DNA of 64,000 nt from Candidatus Omnitrophota bacterium. Its GTDB lineage: Bacteria; Omnitrophota; Gorgyraeia; S143-82. The notes beneath the pieces were generated by a model. The model had not been told where the DNA came from. It did no database searches and saw only the letters and a program-made list of their open reading frames with translations. This document shows positions 36,529-45,871 of this stretch, piece by piece. Location: positions 244,477 through 308,476 of the forward strand of contig WGBD01000001.1 of assembly GCA_015494465.1 (NCBI GenBank), written 5' to 3'. The number at the start of each line of letters is the position of its first letter. Position 1 is the stretch's first letter. The translations under genes and the position numbers were made by a program.

Positions 36529-37682
36529 ATGAGGCGGTTGATGGTGACGATTATCTTACTCTGCCTGCTGAGTCTTCCTGCCTTCTCCGCAGAGCAAGCC
36601 CAATCCTCTGCATCCAAATCCAAACTTCACCTAATACTGTTCTATTCCAGTCACTGCGGGGCGTGCCTAAAACTGGAAAACGAATACATCCCCGTGATCC
36701 TAAAAAAGTACGGCGATGCAATCGATCTCGATCAAAGGGAGATAAACGAGAAAAAGGAACACCTAGAGCAACTCCTAACCTATAACCCCGAAGGGACCGT
36801 CCCTACCATGGTGGTCCCTAGCCTGAACAAGGTCTTCGTGGGGGTAGAGGAGATCGAGACCAGTGTCACCCCGATAATAAAGGACTTCGTCGCTGGCAGG
36901 CTGTCCCCATCCTCCAACCAAGGATCAGGGACTAAAAAAAAACTCTAGCGGAGTTCTTCAATGAGCTTTCCGTACCGGTAATCGCCCTAGCGGGACTGAT
37001 AGACGGGATCAATCCCTGTGCCTTTGCGGTAATCGTCTTCTTTATATCCTTCTTGACCGTCTACAACTATTCCCGAAGACAGATAATCGCCATAGGCAGT
37101 AGTTACATCTTTGCGGTGTTCTTGACCTACCTATTGATAGGGCTGGGGTTCTTCAAGGCCCTCTACTCCCTCAAGGCCATATACTGGCTTAACCGAGCGC
37201 TGTACAAGGGCCTTGCCTTCCTCTGCCTACTCCTGGGAATCCTTGCCTTGCTAGACTACATCTCCTACCGCGAGACCCAAGACTACAAAGCGCAGATCCT
37301 GCAACTGCCGACCTCCCTCAAAAAACGCATAAACCAGGTATTTGGTTGGCTGAGGAAGCGGGAAAGGGAGGCAGTCTGGAAGCTCGTCTGCATCGCCTTC
37401 GTCGTAGGTCTGCTGGTCAGCATCCTGGAGTGCGCCTGCACGGGACAGATATACATCCCTACCATCACCCTCATGATGGCCCAAGAGAAGGTGAAGGCCT
37501 TCTTTTTCCTGATCCTCTACAACCTTATGTTCGTAATGCCGTTGATAGCGGTCTTCCTGATCGCCTTATTAGGTGTGAGTTCCCAGACCATTTCTGGATT
37601 CTTAAAAAGACACCTAGGGATCATCAAGATCTTTATGGCCTTCTTGTTCTTCTTCCTGGCGGGGCTCCTATTCGCCTACTAG
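36529..37682 (+). CDS. Thioredoxin-like (CGAC) + CcdA/DsbD-type transmembrane protein, one gene split by a -1 frameshift at A9 (36934-36942)
   Basis: Frame 0 has a signal peptide, FYSSHCGAC and VP, and stops at 36948. The -1 frame reads LAEFFNELSVPVIALAGLIDGINPCAFAV.. into ORF 37053-37682 (LECACTGQIY, LYNLMFVMPL). Confidence 0.8.
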
Positions 37683-39084
37683 GCTGGACCCGGCCCTGTT
37701 CCAGGGCCAGTTTTTCCAGTCCCTCTTTTATGGGAATAGGGTACCTCCCCGAGAAACAGGCGGTGCAGAACCTGCCTCCGTTCCCTATGGCCTCCAGCAT
37801 CCCCTCCAAAGATAGGTACCCTAAGCTGTCCACATTCAAGAACTCCTCCACTGCCTCGTGATTCATCTTATTTGCAATCAACTCCTCTCGCGAGGGGAAG
37901 TCTATCCCGTAGAAGCAGGGCCAGCGATGAGGAGGACAGGAGATACGCAAGTGAACCTCTTTGGCCCCTGCATTGCGTATGGCCCTCACTCGCCTCCGAG
38001 AAGTCGTCCCCCGAACTATCGAATCGTCCACCACGATCACCCTCTTGCCCCGCACCACCTCGGGCATTATGTTGAGCTTTATCCTAACCCCGAGATCACG
38101 ATGGCGCTGGTGGGGCTGGATAAAGGTCCTACCCACATAGTGGTTCCGGATAAAGCCCCACTCTAGGGGTATCCCTGACTCTTGGGAGTAGCCTATCGCC
38201 GCGCTGAGCCCTGAATCCGGCACCGGGATCACCATGTCCGCCTCTACTGGATGTTCCCTTGCCAACTGCTTGCCCAATTCCTTGCGGACTTCGTGTACTA
38301 GCCTTCCAAACACCACCGAATCCGGACGGGCGAAGTATATGTGCTCAAATACGCACTGGCTTACCTTGCGCCTCTTTCCGTTCGGGAAGAAGGACCTCAA
38401 GCCCTCGTCGTTTATCAGCACCAATTCACCCGGTTCTACCTCCCGCACATACCTAGCACCTATGAGGTCCAAGGCACAGCTCTCCGAGGCCAATATGTAG
38501 GCCCCGTCCACCTCACCCAGGACCAGAGGGCGAAAACCGTAGGGATCTCTTACCCCCATCATCCCGTGTTGATTCAACATAACCAGGGAATAGGCCCCCC
38601 TAACTCGCCTCAAGGCGTAAAATATGTGTTCCAACCAATCTCCTCGCTTGGCGTGGGCGATGAGGTGCACTATCACCTCACTATCGGTGCTAGTCTGAAA
38701 GATCGCTCCCCGACCTTCCAATTCTCTCCTCAGCTCCCTGCTGTTTATGAGATTGCCGTTGTGTCCGATTGCCAGGAATCCGTCCTTGTAATTGATCAAC
38801 AACGGCTGGGCATTCTCTAGTATGCTGGAACCAGTAGTGGAATAACGCACATGGCCTACTGCCACATCCCCTGGGAGGTGGGACAAAGACTGCTCGTCGA
38901 AGACATCCGCCACCAGCCCCATTCCCTTGTGGACGAAGGCCTGCCTACTGGTCCTCTCAAAAGAGACTATCCCTGCACTCTCTTGTCCCCTGTGTTGCAG
39001 GGCATAGAGCCCTAGGAAAGTGAAGTAAACCGCATCCTTGTGCCCCCAAATCCCAAAAACACCACAGGCCTCTTTGAGCTCCAT
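37633..39084 (-). CDS. purF: Amidophosphoribosyltransferase
   Basis: EACGVFG propeptide/Cys1, LQHRGQESAG, GHVRYST, VVDDSIVRGTT, CFYGID, CTACF. Confidence 0.97.
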   Translation of the reverse strand: MELKEACGVFGIWGHKDAVYFTFLGLYALQHRGQESAGIVSFERTSRQAFVHKGMGLVADVFDEQSLSHLPGDVAVGHVRYSTTGSSILENAQPLLINYKDGFLAIGHNGNLINSRELRRELEGRGAIFQTSTDSEVIVHLIAHAKRGDWLEHIFYALRRVRGAYSLVMLNQHGMMGVRDPYGFRPLVLGEVDGAYILASESCALDLIGARYVREVEPGELVLINDEGLRSFFPNGKRRKVSQCVFEHIYFARPDSVVFGRLVHEVRKELGKQLAREHPVEADMVIPVPDSGLSAAIGYSQESGIPLEWGFIRNHYVGRTFIQPHQRHRDLGVRIKLNIMPEVVRGKRVIVVDDSIVRGTTSRRRVRAIRNAGAKEVHLRISCPPHRWPCFYGIDFPSREELIANKMNHEAVEEFLNVDSLGYLSLEGMLEAIGNGGRFCTACFSGRYPIPIKEGLEKLALEQGRVQPSRRIGAPPGRRTRRP

Positions 39085-39094
39085 TTCTCACCTC

Positions 39095-39853
39095 TCAGGA
39101 CTTCTCTAGCCACTTCACCCCCGAACGGAATATATCCAGGGGAGGCATGAACCTGTTGTAGGGGACCCTACCGAACCAGTCCGGGTACTGCGATCCGATC
39201 ACCGCCCGCTCAGGATGAGGCATCAGACCCAAGATCTGGCCGGAAGGATCGCATATCCCGGCGATGTCCTGGTAGGAACCGTTAGGATTCGTCCCTCCCG
39301 CGTATCTAAACACCACTTGATTGCTCAAAGAGAGCTGGTGGATCGCATTCTCACTTGCCACGAACTTCCCTTCTGCGTGGGCGACGGGCATTCGCAGACG
39401 GTCTGCAGTCAAGAGATGGGTCCAAGGCAGGTCCCTTCGGCAGACCTCCAGCTCCACCCAGCGATCCACGAACAATCCACTGTCGTTCTCTACTAAGGAG
39501 GCCTCCACGGTAAAGTACCCGGACATCGCTGGTAACAACCCAGCCTTTACCAAGACCTGAAATCCGTTGCATATACCCAGGATCAAGCCCCCTCTATCCA
39601 AAAACTCCAGCAGGACATTCTTCAAGAAAAGCTCCAGCTCCAAGGCCAAGACCTTGCCTGCACTGATGTCGTCACCGTAGGAAAACCCGCCCGGGATGAC
39701 CAGCATGCGATAATCCAACAAGACCGCCGGATCCCTCCTCAGCTGGTTGATGTGTAAGCTATCTGGGTTGGCATCGGCAAGACGCAAGGCGTACACCGTC
39801 TCTTCGTCACAGTTGGTGCCAGCGGTCCTCAACACTAAGGCCCTTATTCCCAT
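39095..39853 (-). CDS. purQ: FGAM synthase glutaminase subunit PurQ
   Basis: GTNCD.ET, PGGFSYGD, GICNGFQ, AHAEG, GLMPHPER. Confidence 0.96.
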   Translation of the reverse strand: MGIRALVLRTAGTNCDEETVYALRLADANPDSLHINQLRRDPAVLLDYRMLVIPGGFSYGDDISAGKVLALELELFLKNVLLEFLDRGGLILGICNGFQVLVKAGLLPAMSGYFTVEASLVENDSGLFVDRWVELEVCRRDLPWTHLLTADRLRMPVAHAEGKFVASENAIHQLSLSNQVVFRYAGGTNPNGSYQDIAGICDPSGQILGLMPHPERAVIGSQYPDWFGRVPYNRFMPPLDIFRSGVKWLEKS

Positions 39854-39854
39854 C

Positions 39855-42731
39855 TTACCACCTAAACCTGCTCCGCCAAACCCTTTCTAGATTCTTCACA
39901 TCCTCAACGATGTACTCCTCTCCCTCCAGGCCGTACACGACGAAGCTCTTGCCCTCGCTGGTCCTACCCACCAGCTCACAAGGGAGGCCCTCGAACAGTT
40001 TCTCGAACCTGCCTTTGTGCTTACGATCTATCTCGACCAAAAACCTGCTCTGGCTCTCACTGTAGAACACCACCTCATTGCTTCTACGATCCCCCTCGAA
40101 TGGGACATTGTTCAGAAACAGCTCCGCTCCTATACCCCCTCCTATGCACATCTCCGCCAAGGCCACCCCGATTCCCCCATCGGAGATGTCGTGGCAGGCC
40201 AAGACGATCCCTTCCCTAACCGCCAAGTGCAATCTCTTGTACAACTCCCTGGCCAAGGACACATCCGTACGAGGAACCGAATTGCCAAGCACTCCAAACA
40301 GATTTAGAAATGCGCTTCCTCCCAATTCGTCCCTCGTGAGGCCTACCACATATAGGAGCGTATCTCTCCGCTTTAAGTAAGGAGAGACCACCTTGGAGAT
40401 GTCGTCTATCATTCCCATTCCCGATATAAGGAGAGTCCCTGGAATAGGGATGCTCTCGTTTCCTTTTAGGAACTCGTTGTAAAGGCTGTCCTTGCCCGAT
40501 ATAAACGGTACCCCGAAGCCCAGGGCAAAGTCGTAACAGCCCTTGCTGGCCCGAACGAGTCCTCCCAACCTGTCTGGTTTGTCGGGGTTGCCCCAGCAGA
40601 AGTTATCCAGGATAGAGATCCTATCGGGGTTCCCTCCCACAGCTACTATCTGTCTTATTGCCTCGTCTATACACGCCCCAGCCATCCAATAGGGATCTAT
40701 CCTTCCGTACCAGGGGTTGATCCCACAGCCGAGGGCTATACCTTTCTTGCTGTGTAGGTGTCCGCGTATAACTGCGGAATCGCTTGGGGCGACCTGGCGC
40801 GGTCCGCACAACGGCTTTAATGCCGACCTACCCTGCACCTCGTGGTCGTACTGCCTTATCACCCACTCCTTAGAGGCGATGTTGTAGGAAGAAAGGACTT
40901 GACGGAATGTCTTACTCGGATCCTCTACATCTGGGACGGGCTCTTCTTTCTTCACCCAAGTCCAGACTGCCAACTTCTCTTCCAAAGGTAATCCCCCGTG
41001 GAGGAAGTCCACATCCATCTCCATCACCAGGGCCCCATCGTAGTAAAGGCGCAAGCGACGATCCCCGGTAAACTCCCCTATACAAGTCGCCAGGACATCT
41101 TCTTCGGCAAAGGCGGAGACGACATCCTCCAGGTATTCAGGCTTGACAGCCAAGACCATCCTCTCCTGTGATTCGGAGATCCATATCTCGGTATAGCTCA
41201 GTCCTGAATACTTCAGTGGAACCTTCTCCAGATAGACCACCGCTCCGACATCCCTAGCCATCTCCCCAACTGCAGAGGACAGGCCTCCAGCTCCACAGTC
41301 GGTGATGGCCCTGTACCATCCTTTATCCCTTATCTTCAGCAGGACATCCGCGAACTTCTTCTCTTCGATCGGATTGCCTATCTGTACCGCAGAGGCACAG
41401 CTGTACTGGGACTCCTCGGTCAACTCCGCGGAGGAGAATGTGGCACCGTGGATACCGTCTCGTCCAGTCCTCCCCCCGATCAGGACTATCTTATCCCCTG
41501 GGCGGATCTCCTTCTCTACCGCACCCTTCGGCATAAGCCCCACGGTCCCGCAGTAAACTAGGGGATTGGCACAAAAGTCCGGATCAAAGAAGATCGCACC
41601 GTTGACCGTGGGGATGCCCATCTTGTTCCCATAATCTCTGACCCCTGCCACCACCTCCCGCATCATCCTCCGGGGATGGATAACCCCCTCTGGTACTTCC
41701 TTGGTGTCAGGGGGAGCGAAACAAAACACATCGGTATTAGCGATCGGCTTGGCCCCCAAGCCACATCCGAGCACATCCCTTATCACCCCTCCCAGTCCGG
41801 TGTTGGCGCCACCGAACGGCTCCAGGGCAGAGGGATGATTGTGCGTCTCTACCTTAAAGCACACCGCCCAGTCCGAATCGAACTCTACTACCCCGGCGTT
41901 GTCCTTGAATACCGAAAGGCACCAAGGCTTGTCGAGTTCCTTGGTTGCCTTCATTATGTAGTCCTTAAACAGAGAAGAGATCCTCTCTTCCGTTACGACA
42001 TCTCCTTCCTCCGAGACCTCCCTGTACAATATCGGACTCTTAAAGGTCTTGTGTTGGCAGTGCTCAGACCAGGTCTGGGCTATGGTCTCCAACTCCACAT
42101 CGGTAGGATTTCTCCCCAACTTGCGATAATGTTCCTGAACTGCCTTCATCTCCCTCAGGTTCAAAGAGAGCATCCAATCCTTGCTGATCTGGAGGAGTTC
42201 CTCATCGCCTTTCTCTAGGAGTTCCACCTCCCTGAGGCTAAACTCGTACCCTGGGGACCTCTGGTGAAAAGGATGGAGAAAATCGTTTATGACCCCTATC
42301 TGGATGAGCGGATTGTAGAGCTGGGAAAGAACCGCATTGAGGACACCCTTATCCAAGGGAGGAAACTCGTAGCGCACGCCGGTAAAGACCGCCACGGGAT
42401 CCTGGCGAAAGAACTCCCTAAAGGCCCGGGAGATGGTGATCGCCTCGGGATCCATCACCCCAGGGAGATAACCGATCTCGACCCAGCTCCCTTCGATAAC
42501 GGGAGGGCTATCGTCCGGATAGATGAAGACGCTCTCTACGACGGGATCGAGCAAGACCTTCTCCGCAAAGGCCTCTAGCTCCTCGAGGGAAGGGCCTGCC
42601 TCCAAAAAGACCAGCCTCACTCGCCTTACCGAATCTATCCCTTCGACCCCGAATCCCTTCAAATAGGAAACGATCTCCCGGCTGGCCGGGGAGCCAGGAT
42701 CTCTATGAATCACATGAACACGGATTCGCAT
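39855..42731 (-). CDS. purL: FGAM synthase PurL with fused N-terminal PurS-like domains
   Basis: QTWSEHC.HK, KVETHNHPS, GRDGIHGA, DCGAGG, SESQERM, QYDHEV, ISGKDS. Confidence 0.95.
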   Translation of the reverse strand: MRIRVHVIHRDPGSPASREIVSYLKGFGVEGIDSVRRVRLVFLEAGPSLEELEAFAEKVLLDPVVESVFIYPDDSPPVIEGSWVEIGYLPGVMDPEAITISRAFREFFRQDPVAVFTGVRYEFPPLDKGVLNAVLSQLYNPLIQIGVINDFLHPFHQRSPGYEFSLREVELLEKGDEELLQISKDWMLSLNLREMKAVQEHYRKLGRNPTDVELETIAQTWSEHCQHKTFKSPILYREVSEEGDVVTEERISSLFKDYIMKATKELDKPWCLSVFKDNAGVVEFDSDWAVCFKVETHNHPSALEPFGGANTGLGGVIRDVLGCGLGAKPIANTDVFCFAPPDTKEVPEGVIHPRRMMREVVAGVRDYGNKMGIPTVNGAIFFDPDFCANPLVYCGTVGLMPKGAVEKEIRPGDKIVLIGGRTGRDGIHGATFSSAELTEESQYSCASAVQIGNPIEEKKFADVLLKIRDKGWYRAITDCGAGGLSSAVGEMARDVGAVVYLEKVPLKYSGLSYTEIWISESQERMVLAVKPEYLEDVVSAFAEEDVLATCIGEFTGDRRLRLYYDGALVMEMDVDFLHGGLPLEEKLAVWTWVKKEEPVPDVEDPSKTFRQVLSSYNIASKEWVIRQYDHEVQGRSALKPLCGPRQVAPSDSAVIRGHLHSKKGIALGCGINPWYGRIDPYWMAGACIDEAIRQIVAVGGNPDRISILDNFCWGNPDKPDRLGGLVRASKGCYDFALGFGVPFISGKDSLYNEFLKGNESIPIPGTLLISGMGMIDDISKVVSPYLKRRDTLLYVVGLTRDELGGSAFLNLFGVLGNSVPRTDVSLARELYKRLHLAVREGIVLACHDISDGGIGVALAEMCIGGGIGAELFLNNVPFEGDRRSNEVVFYSESQSRFLVEIDRKHKGRFEKLFEGLPCELVGRTSEGKSFVVYGLEGEEYIVEDVKNLERVWRSRFRW

Positions 42732-44010
42732 TGCCTAGTTCCAGACCGCACATCACCCGTTCTGAAGGAAAAGGTATTATATCACGGGCAGGATCCCATT
42801 CAAGCACATAACCCCACAACACCTCTGGCTGGCACGGGTCTTCGCAGTGATCCCCTTTTTGCAGGAGCAAGACCTTTCCCTCTTGCTGTAGTGCCCTCAA
42901 CTCGTAGAATCTTGCCTTATCCCAGGAGAGGACCCGGACCTGGGGATCCCAATAATAGTGGTATCTCAACAGCCACAGATCGCTCCCCATTGCTAAGATC
43001 ACCTTCGGGCGAATAGTCCCCAACTTGGCCAGGAAGATTCGGTTGTATCCCAAGGTCTGTTGAGAAAGCATCTCTGCACTGACCTGAGCGGTCGTAAGAA
43101 ATACCGCCAGCCACAAGGCCACGACGACGGACCTTCGAAGCCAACCCCGCATCCCTTCCCAGATCCGCACCTGGACCTCTATCAACGAGTTAAAGAGTAG
43201 GCCTGCCATGACCATCAAGACGGGTGGCAGGCCAAGACCGACCCCAAAGCACAGGGCCAACGAGAGCCCTATACCTGCCACTGCCAACAAAGGCACCCAG
43301 ACCTTTCTGTCCAAGACGCCCAACCACAATCCACCCAACCCAAGGAAGCCCAAGATGACGGTCTCCAGAGGCAGAGGCCCACTACCACCACCCAAAGGCC
43401 CCAGCGCTCTGAGGACCAGAAAGGCCAGGCCCAACCAAAGCAACGACAAGTACAAGACCTGAGACCTCCGCCTATCAGACAAGCGCACCCGGTGAGCCCA
43501 GAGGAAGAAAAAAGCCGGGAGAAGCGCACCGGCAACCAGGGGATGGAGGATCGTCGCCAACAGCAAGATCCCCACCCCCCAAGCGGTATTTACGAGCACA
43601 CCGGCCCGGGACATCAACTGTGCACCGAGGAGATACAAGCCCAGCAAGAACCAAGCCAATGTCCACCCAAAACCCGAGGAGACGAGGACGAGAAGGATAG
43701 GGGCGCTGAACACCAGCTGAAGGGAAAGGAAGAGCGGAGTAACCGATCTGATCCCCTTCCTGAGGGCCGTCTCGAGGAAGAAGAAGGCACCCAGCAAGAA
43801 AAGGCAAATCTCTACCAGGAGGAGAAAGGCGGGTTCCTGACTCCCTGGGGCCCCGGTCCCTCCAAACCACGAGAACAACCACTTAAGGCCGTAGAGCCAA
43901 TTGGCAAACAGATCCTGCGGTATCCCCGGAAGATCCAGGGACTGGCCTGCGCACAACTCCCGCAGGCCCAATGCCACCGCCACTGTATCCGGCCGGAGAT
44001 AAAACGGCAT
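42703..44010 (-). CDS. Polytopic membrane protein of unknown function
   Basis: 435-aa ORF with about 9-10 hydrophobic segments and a soluble C-terminus; tightly packed between purB and purL. Confidence 0.7.
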   Translation of the reverse strand: MPFYLRPDTVAVALGLRELCAGQSLDLPGIPQDLFANWLYGLKWLFSWFGGTGAPGSQEPAFLLLVEICLFLLGAFFFLETALRKGIRSVTPLFLSLQLVFSAPILLVLVSSGFGWTLAWFLLGLYLLGAQLMSRAGVLVNTAWGVGILLLATILHPLVAGALLPAFFFLWAHRVRLSDRRRSQVLYLSLLWLGLAFLVLRALGPLGGGSGPLPLETVILGFLGLGGLWLGVLDRKVWVPLLAVAGIGLSLALCFGVGLGLPPVLMVMAGLLFNSLIEVQVRIWEGMRGWLRRSVVVALWLAVFLTTAQVSAEMLSQQTLGYNRIFLAKLGTIRPKVILAMGSDLWLLRYHYYWDPQVRVLSWDKARFYELRALQQEGKVLLLQKGDHCEDPCQPEVLWGYVLEWDPARDIIPFPSERVMCGLELGNANPCSCDS

Positions 44011-44013
44011 CGT

Positions 44014-45309
44014 CTACAACCCCAGGCGCTGGTAGATGGCATCCACATTCTTCACGAACCGATCGGGGGAGAACAGCTCCTTCAGCTCCTCGCAAGAGAT
44101 CACCGAAGAGACATCCGGATCCCTTCGCAACAGCTCCAGAAACTCGATACCCTCTTCCCAACAGCGCAAGGCGTTGCGTTGGACCCACTCGTAGGCCCTC
44201 ATTCGCTCTATCCCTTTGGACATGAGAGCGGAAAGCACCGCCTGGGAGTATATCAGACCTCGGGTCAGGTTAAGGTTTTCTTCCACCCGATCCCGACGAA
44301 CCCGGAGGTTGGCCAAAAGCCAGGCGAGCTTATCCAACATGTAATCCAATAATATAGTGGCGTCAGGGAATACCACCCGCTCTACCGAGGAATGAGAGAT
44401 GTCCCTCTCGTGCCACAAGGCCACATTCTCCAGGGCGGGAACAAGGTATCCACGCAGTAGGCGGGCCTGACCGGTAAGCCGTTCCGAGATTATTGGATTC
44501 TTCTTGTGGGGCATGGCAGAGGACCCCTTCTGTCCCGGGGCAAAGCCCTCCTCCACCTCCAGGACCTCCGTGCGCTGGAGGTGTCTAACCTCCACTGCAA
44601 AGCGCTCAATGCAGGCCCCCAGCACTGCCAAAGAGGCCAGATAATTCGCGTGGCGATCCCGGGGAACCACCTGGGTAGTGATACTGGCGGGCTCTATCCC
44701 CAATCGTTCGCACACATACCTCTCTACCTCTGGGGGATTGTGGGCGAAGTTGCCCACCGCACCAGACAGCTTGCCCACCGCCAGCTCCTTTCCCGCCAAT
44801 TCTATCCGCCTGCGGGCACGAACCAACTCGTCGTATAAGAGTGCAAACTTCAGACCAAAGCTGGTCGGCTCTGCGTGGACACCGTGAGTCCTACCAACCG
44901 TTATCAACTCCTTGTACTCCAAGGCCTTTTGCCTTGCCAAGGCCATCACCTCATCCAGATCCCTAAGTAAGAGCTCGGTGGCCTCCTTCACTTGTACCCC
45001 AAACGCGGTATCCAACAAATCGTTAGAGGTCAATCCCTTGTGGAGGTAGACTGCATACTCACCCAGGCTCTCGGAGAGGTTCTGAACGAAGGCAACCACA
45101 TCGTGGTGAGTGGTCCTTTCCAACTCCTCTATCCGCTCAACGGATATCTTGGCCCGGGCCCTCATTTCCTCGACCGCCTCCAAGGGGACCCATCCCAGGA
45201 GCTTGGCCTGGGCCTCCGCAGTCAACAGCTCTATCTCCAACATTATTGAGAACTTTCGCCCCTGGCTCCAGATTCGGGCCATGGCCTCCCTGGTATACCT
45301 GCTTATCAT
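44014..45309 (-). CDS. purB: Adenylosuccinate lyase
   Basis: MISRY, HDVVAF, GRTHGVHAEP, GSSAMPHKKNP, WHERDISHSS. Confidence 0.97.
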   Translation of the reverse strand: MISRYTREAMARIWSQGRKFSIMLEIELLTAEAQAKLLGWVPLEAVEEMRARAKISVERIEELERTTHHDVVAFVQNLSESLGEYAVYLHKGLTSNDLLDTAFGVQVKEATELLLRDLDEVMALARQKALEYKELITVGRTHGVHAEPTSFGLKFALLYDELVRARRRIELAGKELAVGKLSGAVGNFAHNPPEVERYVCERLGIEPASITTQVVPRDRHANYLASLAVLGACIERFAVEVRHLQRTEVLEVEEGFAPGQKGSSAMPHKKNPIISERLTGQARLLRGYLVPALENVALWHERDISHSSVERVVFPDATILLDYMLDKLAWLLANLRVRRDRVEENLNLTRGLIYSQAVLSALMSKGIERMRAYEWVQRNALRCWEEGIEFLELLRRDPDVSSVISCEELKELFSPDRFVKNVDAIYQRLGL

Positions 45310-45415
45310 CCTGATCCCTCCTTGGCGTTAGTGGTTGACCCAGATCTACAATTATACCCAGCAAAACCAAACTAGGGGAATCAAAACCTAACGAGGGATT
45401 TTTCCCTTATTTAAG

Positions 45416-45444
45416 TTGATTTTCTCGCCTGCCAGCCATAAACT
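45416..45444 (+). promoter_or_regulatory. sigma70-type promoter upstream of flgM
   Basis: TTGATT-N17-TAAACT. Confidence 0.5.
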
Positions 45445-45480
45445 TATATGTGGATGCGCAAAAACAGAGACAGTTTTTTC

Positions 45481-45507
45481 TAAAGAAGAACCGCTTTAGG
45501 ACGATAG
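45481..45507 (+). promoter_or_regulatory. sigma28 (FliA) promoter upstream of flgM
   Basis: TAAA-N15-GACGATAG versus consensus TAAA-N15-GCCGATAA. Confidence 0.7.
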
Positions 45508-45532
45508 TAATAATAGAAGAACAGGGACGAAG

Positions 45533-45871
45533 ATGGCTGAGATAAATAAGGTTCCACAATCTGGTCTGCCTTCTCAATACCTCCGCCAGGTCTTGGCGGA
45601 TCAAAAGGTCCGTCAACAGGAGAGGGCTCAACAGGAGAAGGCCGAAGAGGTAAAACGACAGGAAGAGGACCGCATATCCATCTCCGAAGAGGCCAGACAA
45701 CTCGCAGAGGCCCAACAATTTTACAAGAAGTTCCTGGAAGAGAAGGCCAAGGAGATAGAGCAAGAGAGGATCGAGAGGGTTAAGGAACTCAAGCGGAGGA
45801 TGACTCAAAAACCTGAGACTCCTTTGAGACTGATCGCGGAAAAGATCTCCCAAGAACTGCTAGGCCTTTAA
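45533..45871 (+). CDS. flgM: Anti-sigma28 factor FlgM (probable)
   Basis: DRISISEEARQL, R.ERVKELK..M, IAEKI motifs; sigma28 promoter upstream. Confidence 0.75.
   Translation: MAEINKVPQSGLPSQYLRQVLADQKVRQQERAQQEKAEEVKRQEEDRISISEEARQLAEAQQFYKKFLEEKAKEIEQERIERVKELKRRMTQKPETPLRLIAEKISQELLGL

Noticed and set aside
45310-45415. Purine riboswitch or other ncRNA upstream of purB
   Set aside because: The leader after the likely TATAAT (45351-45356) is only about 35 nt and shows no recognisable aptamer or terminator.
45407-45853. 148-aa Leu-rich minus-strand ORF
   Set aside because: Antisense of the E/K/Q-rich flgM, which has the promoter and motif support.
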